From positions 39,930 through 103,929 of the IMG/VR virus record IMGVR_UViG_3300043410_001007: 64,000 nucleotides of DNA; one strand, given 5' to 3'. Source of the stretch: a virus. The position numbers and the translations under genes were made by a program. Positions 36,788 through 45,232 of this stretch are shown here, piece after piece; the first letter of the stretch is position 1; every line of letters begins with the position of its first letter. The notes under the pieces were generated by a model, which was not told the DNA's origin, did not search any database, and worked only from the letters and a program-made list of their open reading frames with translations.

Positions 36788-37702
36788 ATGAAACAGTATC
36801 TTGAATTATTACAACATATATTAGATCACGGCGAACAACGAGGCGACAGAACAGGCGTAGGCACACTATCAGTATTCGGTCGACAACTTCGTTTCAACTT
36901 ACAAAACGGATTCCCAGCAGTCACTACAAAGAAGCTAGCGTTCAACGCTTGTAAAGCAGAACTCTTATGGTTCTTAGAAGGTTCAAGTGACGAGCGCAGA
37001 CTAGCAGAGATAACACACGGCACTCGTGAAGGTAGTGTGACAATCTGGACACCAAACGCACTAGCACCATACTGGCGACCTAAGGCTCAGTATGAAGGTG
37101 ATCTAGGTCGTGTATACGGCGTACAATGGCGCAAGTGGCGCAAACATAAACTAAGAGGCGAAGGAACATTCAATGACGATTTTGGCAATACTTATAGGCG
37201 TAGGTCTACTACTCAGGTACAAGAGGTTGACCAAGTACGAGAACTCATCGACGGCATCAAACGAGACCCACACGGACGCAGACACATAATCTCTGCTTGG
37301 AATGTAGGTGAATTAGACAACATGGCTCTACCACCATGTCATGTTATGTCTCAATTCTATGTGAGTAAGGACGGCCGACTATCCTGTCATATGTATCAGC
37401 GTAGTGTAGATGTATTCCTAGGTTTACCGTTCAATATAGCATCATACGCACTACTCACACATATGATAGCGCAAGTATGTGACTTAGGTGTAGGCGAACT
37501 AGTAATCTCTACAGGTGATACTCATATCTATCTCAATCACATCGATCAAGTTAAGGAACAGCTAAGCAGAGAGCCTATAACAACTCAAGTAGAACTTAGA
37601 ATGAACCCCACTATAAAAGATATCAATCAATTCAAAATGACTGATATTGAATTAGTGAACTACCTACATCATGGTCCCATCAAAGCACCAATGGCGGTAT
37701 AA
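36788..37702 (+). CDS. thyA: Thymidylate synthase
   Basis: DRTGVGT, ELLWFL, MALPPCH, YQRSVDVFLGLPFNIASY, GDTHIY. Confidence 0.97.
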   Translation: MKQYLELLQHILDHGEQRGDRTGVGTLSVFGRQLRFNLQNGFPAVTTKKLAFNACKAELLWFLEGSSDERRLAEITHGTREGSVTIWTPNALAPYWRPKAQYEGDLGRVYGVQWRKWRKHKLRGEGTFNDDFGNTYRRRSTTQVQEVDQVRELIDGIKRDPHGRRHIISAWNVGELDNMALPPCHVMSQFYVSKDGRLSCHMYQRSVDVFLGLPFNIASYALLTHMIAQVCDLGVGELVISTGDTHIYLNHIDQVKEQLSREPITTQVELRMNPTIKDINQFKMTDIELVNYLHHGPIKAPMAV

Positions 37703-38037
37703 TGGCAAAAGCATATCTGGTTGATAAGGGGTATCTGGGAGAAGTGCCAGGAATTCCGACCAATGATGTAATGGTAATAGACGATGTTGCTCACCGAATA
37801 TACCACATAGTGGTTCACTCATTTATGATGGGAGATGTTGATGATCCAGACTTATACGCGGCTCAGCCTCTATGGGAGTGGGAAAACAGCGAAGTGGGAC
37901 AATGGGTCATGGACAATGCAGTCGAGACACCTATGTGGCAAAGACAATTAGATTATAGTACATATGGTACACGCTATGTAATCACAGCAAAACTAAAAGA
38001 CGCTGACCATACATATTTCCTACTTAAATACAAATGA
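37702..38037 (+). CDS. Hypothetical phage protein
   Basis: TAATG-coupled to thyA; MGDVDDPDLYAAQP motif. Confidence 0.6.
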   Translation: MAKAYLVDKGYLGEVPGIPTNDVMVIDDVAHRIYHIVVHSFMMGDVDDPDLYAAQPLWEWENSEVGQWVMDNAVETPMWQRQLDYSTYGTRYVITAKLKDADHTYFLLKYK

Positions 38038-38246
38038 AGTTAGATTTTTACATCAAGTGGTCAGCAACCCTCGCTAGTTTACTATTAGTAATATGTAACA
38101 GTTACGATATTACACCTTACGATAGATGGATGGGTCTCGTAGCGGCTAACTTATGGATGTGGCTAGGTGTTCTATGGCGTGAGCCAGCAATGTGGATACC
38201 TAACTTTATTTTTACGATTATATACATTACAGGATTATTGAAATGA
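38034..38246 (+). CDS. Small multi-pass membrane protein
   Basis: Three hydrophobic segments; ATGA-coupled at both ends. Confidence 0.65.
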   Translation: MKLDFYIKWSATLASLLLVICNSYDITPYDRWMGLVAANLWMWLGVLWREPAMWIPNFIFTIIYITGLLK

Positions 38247-39214
38247 GGATACTAGTAACAGGCGGTCAAGGCCTAATCGGACACAACGTAGTTCATAGAC
38301 TGCTACAAGCGGGTCATCACGTTACTACACTAGACAATAGAACAAACTACGGTATCATACAACAAGATGAACTAGATTATCTATTGACTGAACGAGGTAA
38401 GTTAATTGAACGTGCTACTAATTTAGTGGGTGATATCTCTAACGCAAAGACAGTAGATGAGACAATCAGATCATTCTTGCCCGAGATCGTGGTTCACATG
38501 GCCTCGTTCCCTCGCCAGAAAGTAGTCAACAACAACCCTGCTCTAGGTAGCCGAGTAATGAGCGAGGGCCTAATCAACCTACTAGAGTCTGCCGCTCACT
38601 ATGATGTCCGGAAGTTCGTGTATATCTCTTCATCAATGGTGTATGGTGATTTTACTGACGATGTAAAGGAAGATTATGACTGCCGACCTCAAGGACAATA
38701 TGGAATACTCAAACTCGCAGGCGAATGGCTTGTCAAAGACTATACTCGCCGTTACGGCATTGCTCATACTATTATACGCCCCTCTGCTGTATATGGTCCA
38801 CTCGACGTGGAAGACCGTGTAATCTCTAAGTTCATGCTGACTGCTCTACGCGGCGGCACACTCAAGGTCAACGGTGCCGATGAGACACTTGACTTTACAT
38901 TCGTTAGTGACGCTGCCGACGGCATAGTAGCGGCCACTCTGTCGCCTAATACAGCTAATAAGACATACAACGTGACAAAATCTCACTCTTGGTCCCTACT
39001 TCGTGCTGCCGAACTGGCGGTTAAAATCGCCGGTCGTGGTACTATCGAATGTCGAGACCGAGACTTAGACTTCCCATCACGTGGTGCACTCAATATCGAT
39101 GCTGCCAGACAAGATTTCGGCTTCGATCCTCGAGTAGATGTCGAAGAAGGCTTCCAACGCTACCATGACTGGTTTACTCAGTCTACTTACTGGCAGTCTC
39201 GTATCAAAAGTTGA
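38243..39214 (+). CDS. NAD-dependent epimerase/dehydratase (extended SDR)
   Basis: TGGQGLIG, YISSSMVYG, YGILK (YxxxK), DFTFVSD. Confidence 0.92.
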   Translation: MRILVTGGQGLIGHNVVHRLLQAGHHVTTLDNRTNYGIIQQDELDYLLTERGKLIERATNLVGDISNAKTVDETIRSFLPEIVVHMASFPRQKVVNNNPALGSRVMSEGLINLLESAAHYDVRKFVYISSSMVYGDFTDDVKEDYDCRPQGQYGILKLAGEWLVKDYTRRYGIAHTIIRPSAVYGPLDVEDRVISKFMLTALRGGTLKVNGADETLDFTFVSDAADGIVAATLSPNTANKTYNVTKSHSWSLLRAAELAVKIAGRGTIECRDRDLDFPSRGALNIDAARQDFGFDPRVDVEEGFQRYHDWFTQSTYWQSRIKS

Positions 39215-39228
39215 TAAATAAGAGTATC

Positions 39229-39675
39229 ATGTGGATACTCAAATTCTTACCCGACTGGTTCCTTCATCTATCACTTATTGCTAGTGTTCTAGCAGTTCTG
39301 ATAGGCACCCTACTGGGCAATCTCTCATTCGTCAAACAATACACCACCATACTTAAAGTAGTTGGTGGTTTTGTACTTGTTCTAACGCTTTTCTTAGAAG
39401 GCGCACTACACGACAACAAAGTATGGGAAGCACGTGTCCTAGAAGTCGAAGCAAAACTAGCTAAGGCCGAAGCAGAAGCTGCCGCACAGAATACAAAACT
39501 CACTGACAAGGTAGCTACTAAGCAACAACAAGTCAAAGAGAAAGTGGTCATTGTAAAGCAATACATCGACCGCGAAGTCACTAAATACGACACAAAATTT
39601 ATGCCCGGTGGCATATGCGAAATCCCCAAGGAATTCATCAAAGCGCACAACGATGCCACGGAGCCAACTAAATGA
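39229..39675 (+). CDS. Inner-membrane spanin (Rz-like)
   Basis: N-terminal TM segments, long coiled coil, C-terminal Cys. Start reassigned to ATG 39229 after ATAAATA. Confidence 0.65.
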   Translation: MWILKFLPDWFLHLSLIASVLAVLIGTLLGNLSFVKQYTTILKVVGGFVLVLTLFLEGALHDNKVWEARVLEVEAKLAKAEAEAAAQNTKLTDKVATKQQQVKEKVVIVKQYIDREVTKYDTKFMPGGICEIPKEFIKAHNDATEPTK

Positions 39676-41648
39676 AAATAACAGATATTATCCTAGAAGC
39701 GGCCCCAGCCGCACCAACACAACAGCCGGCACAACCAGCTCAAGCTAATCCACAACAAGCGATGCTAGACAAACTAGGCGCAAGAGCAGGCGCCGCTGCG
39801 GGGTCAAACATTGATCAAGTCACTGACGCCTATCAACAAAAGCTACTAGATAGAATGGGTAAACGATTCGGTCTACCTCCTGGCTCATCTATGGAGCAAG
39901 TACAAGCTGCACAACAAGAATACTTAAATAAGAATGACCCACAGGCGGCAGCACAGTATCAACAACAAATGTCTAATATTGATGCTGGTAAAGAGGCGGG
40001 TCCAGCAGTAAATCTAACACAGCAACCAGCAGCCACACAACAGGCACCTCAGGCAGCACCACAAGCAAACCCAGACGAAGCTGGCGGCATGGCTGCAGCC
40101 AAGGCTGGCAAGTCACCAATTGCTATTATGTTAGCGCAACCAACTATTGCTGGTAACCAAGCATATCTTGATGTTATCGCACCTAGTGTTGGCCTAAAAC
40201 CAGGCGCAACAGCAGAACAAATTTTGGCAGCAGACACCCAAAGAAATAATCAGGCGGGTAATAAGTATGCCCAGAAACAAGCCGCGCCAGTAGCAGAAGG
40301 CAGAGCAACAGACAGTAAAGGTCGGACCCAACAAGAGTGGATCAAAGCAGTCATTAAAGCATACCCGGATGCTCGTATCGTACAAGCTAAAATGATTGAC
40401 GGACCATGTCACGCTATGTTATCAAACGGCAAGAAGCTATCATGGAACAAAGTGGTTGGCTTAGAAGAAGCACGTAAAGCAAATACAAAAAAAGCCCGCG
40501 CAGAGTTCAGTAAACGTACAAGCAAGCCTAAGTTAAGTGATAAAGAACAAGCTAAGAAGAAATCAGATAGTGATGAGGCATGGGAGCGTCTAATGGCTCA
40601 TATCGAAGCACAGAAGAAGGACAAAGACTTAGCAGAAGATAAAGACCCATGCTGGTTAGACTACAAGCAAGTAGGCATGAAAGAAAAGAACGGCAAGAAG
40701 GTACCTAACTGCGTACCTAAAGAAGGTATGGCGGAAGGCTCAGAGGAAGGTAGTTACTCTGATAAGTTTGTTCAAAGTCAGATTGATTACCATAGAAAAC
40801 ATGGATTGTCTGGCACAGCGGCTGATAGAGAGCGCATTAATGGTTCATTAAACTATTATCAGCATATTAAAAACAAACGCATCAAAGATGGTACATGGCA
40901 AGAGCAACGTGTGGCGGAAGGCTGGGACCCAGACACAACACGACTTGAGCAAGATGTTAGAGATGCGTTAGAGAATGGTGACGACTACACAGCAAAGCAA
41001 TATGCTAAGATGGCACCAACACCAGAAGCCAAGAAGTATCTACTAAACATTATCAAGCAAGCGATGTATATTGATGATTTAGGCGGCGAAACTGACTGGA
41101 AAGGCGTGACGGAAGCAGGTGAATGGACTAAACTTCCTAACGGCAACTGGAGAAACATGCACACTGGCGCACAACAATCAACTCCTCCTAAAACAAAGAA
41201 GCCTCGCAGAACAATGGGATTACACGCTAGTTTAGAACAACACGCTGATGACAAGATGAAAGAATTAGGTCATAAGTTCAGACCTGTAGCAGAAGATGAA
41301 GCGGGTACTAAAGGCTTTCGTGTAACATGGTCAGAAGCAGGTAGTGACAAACACACTAGTGGCTTGTTGTTAAAACCTGGTGCTATTGAACACGCTAAGA
41401 TGCTAAAAAAGAAACCTGGAACAAGCAATGTTAAAATTGTTCCTTATAGACAAGTAAGCGAGATGGACGGCAACGGCAGCGGTCGTGATGGTAGTAATCG
41501 TAAGCGCATCAGTAGCTACGGTACTAGAGACCGCGATATTTCAGGTCCTGATATTCACCTCGGCGCTAAGAATACAATGAAGCGTAAAGATATTGTCAAA
41601 CGTGCCGCTAGTACACTAAACAAAGCATTTAAGACGAGTAAAAAATGA
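39672..41648 (+). CDS. Modular putative internal head polyprotein
   Basis: N-terminal MKITDIILE; unrelated short segments separated by VAEG, LEEA, LAED, MAEG, VAEG, VTEA, VAED, VSEM. Confidence 0.55.
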   Translation: MKITDIILEAAPAAPTQQPAQPAQANPQQAMLDKLGARAGAAAGSNIDQVTDAYQQKLLDRMGKRFGLPPGSSMEQVQAAQQEYLNKNDPQAAAQYQQQMSNIDAGKEAGPAVNLTQQPAATQQAPQAAPQANPDEAGGMAAAKAGKSPIAIMLAQPTIAGNQAYLDVIAPSVGLKPGATAEQILAADTQRNNQAGNKYAQKQAAPVAEGRATDSKGRTQQEWIKAVIKAYPDARIVQAKMIDGPCHAMLSNGKKLSWNKVVGLEEARKANTKKARAEFSKRTSKPKLSDKEQAKKKSDSDEAWERLMAHIEAQKKDKDLAEDKDPCWLDYKQVGMKEKNGKKVPNCVPKEGMAEGSEEGSYSDKFVQSQIDYHRKHGLSGTAADRERINGSLNYYQHIKNKRIKDGTWQEQRVAEGWDPDTTRLEQDVRDALENGDDYTAKQYAKMAPTPEAKKYLLNIIKQAMYIDDLGGETDWKGVTEAGEWTKLPNGNWRNMHTGAQQSTPPKTKKPRRTMGLHASLEQHADDKMKELGHKFRPVAEDEAGTKGFRVTWSEAGSDKHTSGLLLKPGAIEHAKMLKKKPGTSNVKIVPYRQVSEMDGNGSGRDGSNRKRISSYGTRDRDISGPDIHLGAKNTMKRKDIVKRAASTLNKAFKTSKK

Positions 41649-41956
41649 CACCAGAACATAGCAAGCAAGTATTTAAATCAGTAATCGGCGCAGTGTTCGT
41701 GATTATGATAGTTGTATTCGTGCTCACTGGCTGTAGTACAGCAGTGCCAGTCACTGCTAAGTTCCCCGATGCGCCTGAGCGCCTCAAAGTAAAGTGTCCA
41801 CAACTACAAAAAGTAGATGAAAAAGCAAAACTAAGTGATGTAGCAAATACAGTCACACTAAACTACGGTACATACTACGACTGTGCTGTAAAGAACGATG
41901 CGTGGATTGAATGGTACGAAGTACAGAAGCGCATCTTCGAAGGAGCAGGTAAATGA
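41645..41956 (+). CDS. Outer-membrane spanin lipoprotein (Rz1-like)
   Basis: Hydrophobic stretch plus LTGC lipobox, Pro-rich region, two further Cys. Confidence 0.7.
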   Translation: MTPEHSKQVFKSVIGAVFVIMIVVFVLTGCSTAVPVTAKFPDAPERLKVKCPQLQKVDEKAKLSDVANTVTLNYGTYYDCAVKNDAWIEWYEVQKRIFEGAGK

Positions 41957-42753
41957 AAATCAGTGAAATCATAACAGAATCAATCAAAATATCTGAGTTC
42001 GAGGGAGATGCTACACAATTCAGCAACCCAACACAGACAACACCTACTACCGAGCGTCCACCTCGTAGAGGTTATTCGATAGAGTTAGTCGGTCGTCCAG
42101 GTAAAGATTGGATGGCTCAATACGCATGGGAAGCATTAGAAAAGGTGTTACCTAGAGATTACCCAGGTAATTCACAAGCCGCTGCTGCCGGCAATTCAAA
42201 TTTGCCACCCACTAATGCTATACGAAAAGTACTAGAAGTAGGTAGACACGGTTCCGCTGTAATTAAAACAGGTATCGCTAGTGAAGATATCGCAGAAACT
42301 ATCGTATCGAAATTATCGGCTAATAGATTACCAGCAAAATTTCTACGCATCACTAGTGAAGATTTAGACGAGAGCGAAAAGAGCCCAATGTTCAAAGACT
42401 CACAGAAAGCAGACCGCGTTCGTAGTCTAAAGAATCTTATTGCTATTGCTAAAGAACAAGGTCGTCAACTACGAGTGCAAGAACTTGAACTAGAGTTGAA
42501 AAAAGTACAAGGCCGACTAAACGAATTCGCCCCAGACAGTAATGATGACGGCAACGGCGAAGAGGACGCACTACTCAAGTACGCTAAAATGTGGTATCAA
42601 GGTGACTTGAAAACACAACAACAAGTCGAGAAAATCTTAGACCGTATGGGCTGGGAAATCGGCGAGTTAGAAAGTGAAGAAGGCGGCTGTTTTGTTATGC
42701 GGTCAGATGATGAAAACAGTTACATAGGATTCTCGGCAGAAGACCTACAATAA
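41953..42753 (+). CDS. Second modular putative internal head protein
   Basis: MKISEIITE start; ISE, LDE and LNE junctions. Confidence 0.55.
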   Translation: MKISEIITESIKISEFEGDATQFSNPTQTTPTTERPPRRGYSIELVGRPGKDWMAQYAWEALEKVLPRDYPGNSQAAAAGNSNLPPTNAIRKVLEVGRHGSAVIKTGIASEDIAETIVSKLSANRLPAKFLRITSEDLDESEKSPMFKDSQKADRVRSLKNLIAIAKEQGRQLRVQELELELKKVQGRLNEFAPDSNDDGNGEEDALLKYAKMWYQGDLKTQQQVEKILDRMGWEIGELESEEGGCFVMRSDDENSYIGFSAEDLQ

Positions 42754-42777
42754 AAAAGGACCCTCGGGGTCCTTTTT
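42753..42777. terminator. Bidirectional intrinsic terminator
   Basis: AAAAAGGACCC-tcg-GGGTCCTTTTT between convergent genes. Confidence 0.9.
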
Positions 42778-42778
42778 G

Positions 42779-43585
42779 TTATTTACAGAGTGCTCGTTTA
42801 GCGTTAGTAAGAGCACCGAAGTCTACCGGCCATTCTCCACCAGGCGGAATCTCACGAGCATTAGGCGGGAAAGCAAACTTCACACCAGCCGTCTGTTGAA
42901 TCTGAGCGATAGGCTTGCGGAACTTAGTCAAGTCGTTACCTAAGTTAGGATACGGAGCAACGTGTGGGAATTCCCAGCCAGCAACTTCGTTAGTAGCCTG
43001 ATTGATAACAATCTTGTAGTAGCCGTGTGGCACAACAACGCCGTTACCGATCTTTGGGTTATTCATAGTGTAGTAAGCACCAACATAGTAAGTGTATGGC
43101 TGACGAGTTTGTGCCGCCCAACCACGTACTGAAGTTTCTAACAACTTCCAGATGCCACGGTTCAAACTACCAGCCTGCGGGTACATGTTGGTCATTAGGA
43201 ATGACTCATACTCAACTTGCTGGTCGTATGATAGATCACCGTCAGGGATAGCATGGCCCTTGTCGAAGCCTGTACCTACATAATCTTGTGGTGTAGCGCC
43301 GGTGCCACCCAACGACTGGTCAGCAACGAAAGCATCGGTACGAGCGATACAGCCGATAGCGTTCTGTGGTAGGAGAGTACTGGCTACATAGCGTGGAATC
43401 TTAGCAGGGGCATCATAAGCGACTAAGTAGCCCTGACGACAGATAGGCTGGGCGCCAGCAGTCTGACCGAATCCCCATGGAGAGTGAACACGACATTGTT
43501 CGACCGGTAGTGGAGCACGTTGGACCCAGGAATGGGCACTCGACATAAATGCCGCGGATAATAATGTTATTAGTAGATGTTTCAT
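42779..43585 (-). CDS. DNA/RNA non-specific endonuclease (NucA/EndG family) with signal peptide
   Basis: FDKGH active site, SFLMTNMYPQ...LNRGIWKLLE, VPHGYYK. Start reassigned to MKHLLITLLSAAFMSSAHS. Confidence 0.88.
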   Translation of the reverse strand: MKHLLITLLSAAFMSSAHSWVQRAPLPVEQCRVHSPWGFGQTAGAQPICRQGYLVAYDAPAKIPRYVASTLLPQNAIGCIARTDAFVADQSLGGTGATPQDYVGTGFDKGHAIPDGDLSYDQQVEYESFLMTNMYPQAGSLNRGIWKLLETSVRGWAAQTRQPYTYYVGAYYTMNNPKIGNGVVVPHGYYKIVINQATNEVAGWEFPHVAPYPNLGNDLTKFRKPIAQIQQTAGVKFAFPPNAREIPPGGEWPVDFGALTNAKRALCK

Positions 43586-43589
43586 GTTA

Positions 43590-44084
43590 CTATTTATGTT
43601 TGGTTTTACAGTTATCTCCGTGATGCTGAGTGTAATTTCCCTTGCCTTTTCCAGATTTACCACAATGAGTACAGGTCCATTGTAATTTAGTTGGTGAATT
43701 TGGTCCGATAAAGTTATGTGTTCCTGATAGCAGTTGTTTATGTGCTTTATCTCTTTGCCACGACGAGTTTAGAAATTTATGAGTTCCATTGGACAATCTT
43801 GTCTTGTTTGCCATGGATGCGTTCTTGGATATTTCTTCTGGTGATAAATTCATTCTTATTGCCATGGCATGACATTCTGCCCAATCTCTCTGTTTGAAAT
43901 GTAAATCGTAGTGGTCTTTTATAGATAAGGCAACTAAGTTATCGACTGAATTATTCGTACAGTCACCATCAAGATGATGTATTTCGTAAGTTCTCCCATC
44001 GGCATCTGTAGGAATAGTTCCGTGGCGCATTTCGTAGATTCTGCGATAGACGGAGTTTGGTGATCTCTTCTTATAAATAGTCAT
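43590..44084 (-). mobile_element. Free-standing HNH homing endonuclease
   Basis: EIHHLDGDCTNNSVDNLVAL...HYDLH, GTHKF/GTHNF repeats, C-terminal CTHC...HHGDNC finger. AAGGAG SD before ATG 44084. Confidence 0.85.
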
Positions 44085-44211
44085 GCTGGTGCTCCTTAAT
44101 AGCATTAGAGTAGTTGGGAAGGTAGGATGTCCGCGAACTACACTTTTATTTATCAACTACATCATAAAATCTAGACTCGGAACATGATAAATACAAGATA
44201 TTGGTACAACT

Positions 44212-44604
44212 ATGAGAATCTCCGAAGTCAACGAATTACAGTCAAAAATCAAGCAAATCAAAGCGTTTGCTGATTGGGCTATTGCTGAACTCAAAATAAA
44301 AGGACAACCAGACATTGAGTACGGTACAGACATGTCACGTGTTCTCAAACAGCGCTCATTCGGCAGTACAAATAGTGCTGGTAAAATCTGGACACACTGC
44401 TCCAACCGTAACGCGGCCGACGCTATGCGAACACTATGCCATGAACTGGTACATTTCAAACAGTTCGAAGATGGTACCGCCACGGACAACATGGACGATG
44501 AGCAACGATTACAGGTCGAAGATGAAGCAAACGCTATCGCTGGTCGTATGATGAGAGCATACGGCAAAATAGATAAGACAATTTACGAAAGCAAAGGAAA
44601 ATAA
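44212..44604 (+). CDS. Small zincin-like metalloprotease domain protein
   Basis: RTLCHELVHFKQ (HExxH) with downstream EDEAN; N-terminal MRISEVNE. Confidence 0.65.
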   Translation: MRISEVNELQSKIKQIKAFADWAIAELKIKGQPDIEYGTDMSRVLKQRSFGSTNSAGKIWTHCSNRNAADAMRTLCHELVHFKQFEDGTATDNMDDEQRLQVEDEANAIAGRMMRAYGKIDKTIYESKGK

Positions 44605-44605
44605 A

Positions 44606-45232
44606 ATGCAAGTAACCCTAGAAATTCTACAGGCTCTATGCCCTAAGACAAAGCCAGCAGTACTCAATCAGTATGTTGAGCCGCTTAACGAAGTGGCCGA
44701 GTACTATGAACTCACTGCTAGCCCTCAGCGCCTAGCTGCCTTCTTAGCGCAAACAGCACACGAGAGTGGTTCATTCAACTTCGTAAAAGAAAACTTGAAC
44801 TACGGCGCTAAAGGCTTGATGACTACATTCAAAAAATACTTCCCAGACGAAGCAACTGCTAAATCTTATGAGCGTCAACCAGAGCGTATCGCTAATCGTG
44901 TTTATGCTAATCGCATGGGCAACGGTGATGAGGCTAGTGGTGACGGTTATCGCTACTGCGGTCGTGGTCTAATTCAGTTGACTGGCAAAGTAAACTACAC
45001 TAAGTTCGCGGCCGACCTAGGTATCCCTGTCGAAGAGTGTGTTGCTTACATGGAAACACCACAAGGCGCTGTTGCTAGTGCTGGTTGGTTCTGGGACAAC
45101 AACTCACTCAATCAATACTGCGACAGCGGCGACTTCGTTATGCTAACTAAACGCATCAACGGCGGCACAATCGGCCTAGAAGATCGCAAACATCACTATC
45201 AACAAGCACTACAAATCCTACAGGCACAATAA
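44606..45232 (+). CDS. Glycoside hydrolase family 19 endolysin
   Basis: AAFLAQTAHESG, ENLNY, YCGRGLIQLTG, TKRINGG. Confidence 0.92.
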   Translation: MQVTLEILQALCPKTKPAVLNQYVEPLNEVAEYYELTASPQRLAAFLAQTAHESGSFNFVKENLNYGAKGLMTTFKKYFPDEATAKSYERQPERIANRVYANRMGNGDEASGDGYRYCGRGLIQLTGKVNYTKFAADLGIPVEECVAYMETPQGAVASAGWFWDNNSLNQYCDSGDFVMLTKRINGGTIGLEDRKHHYQQALQILQAQ

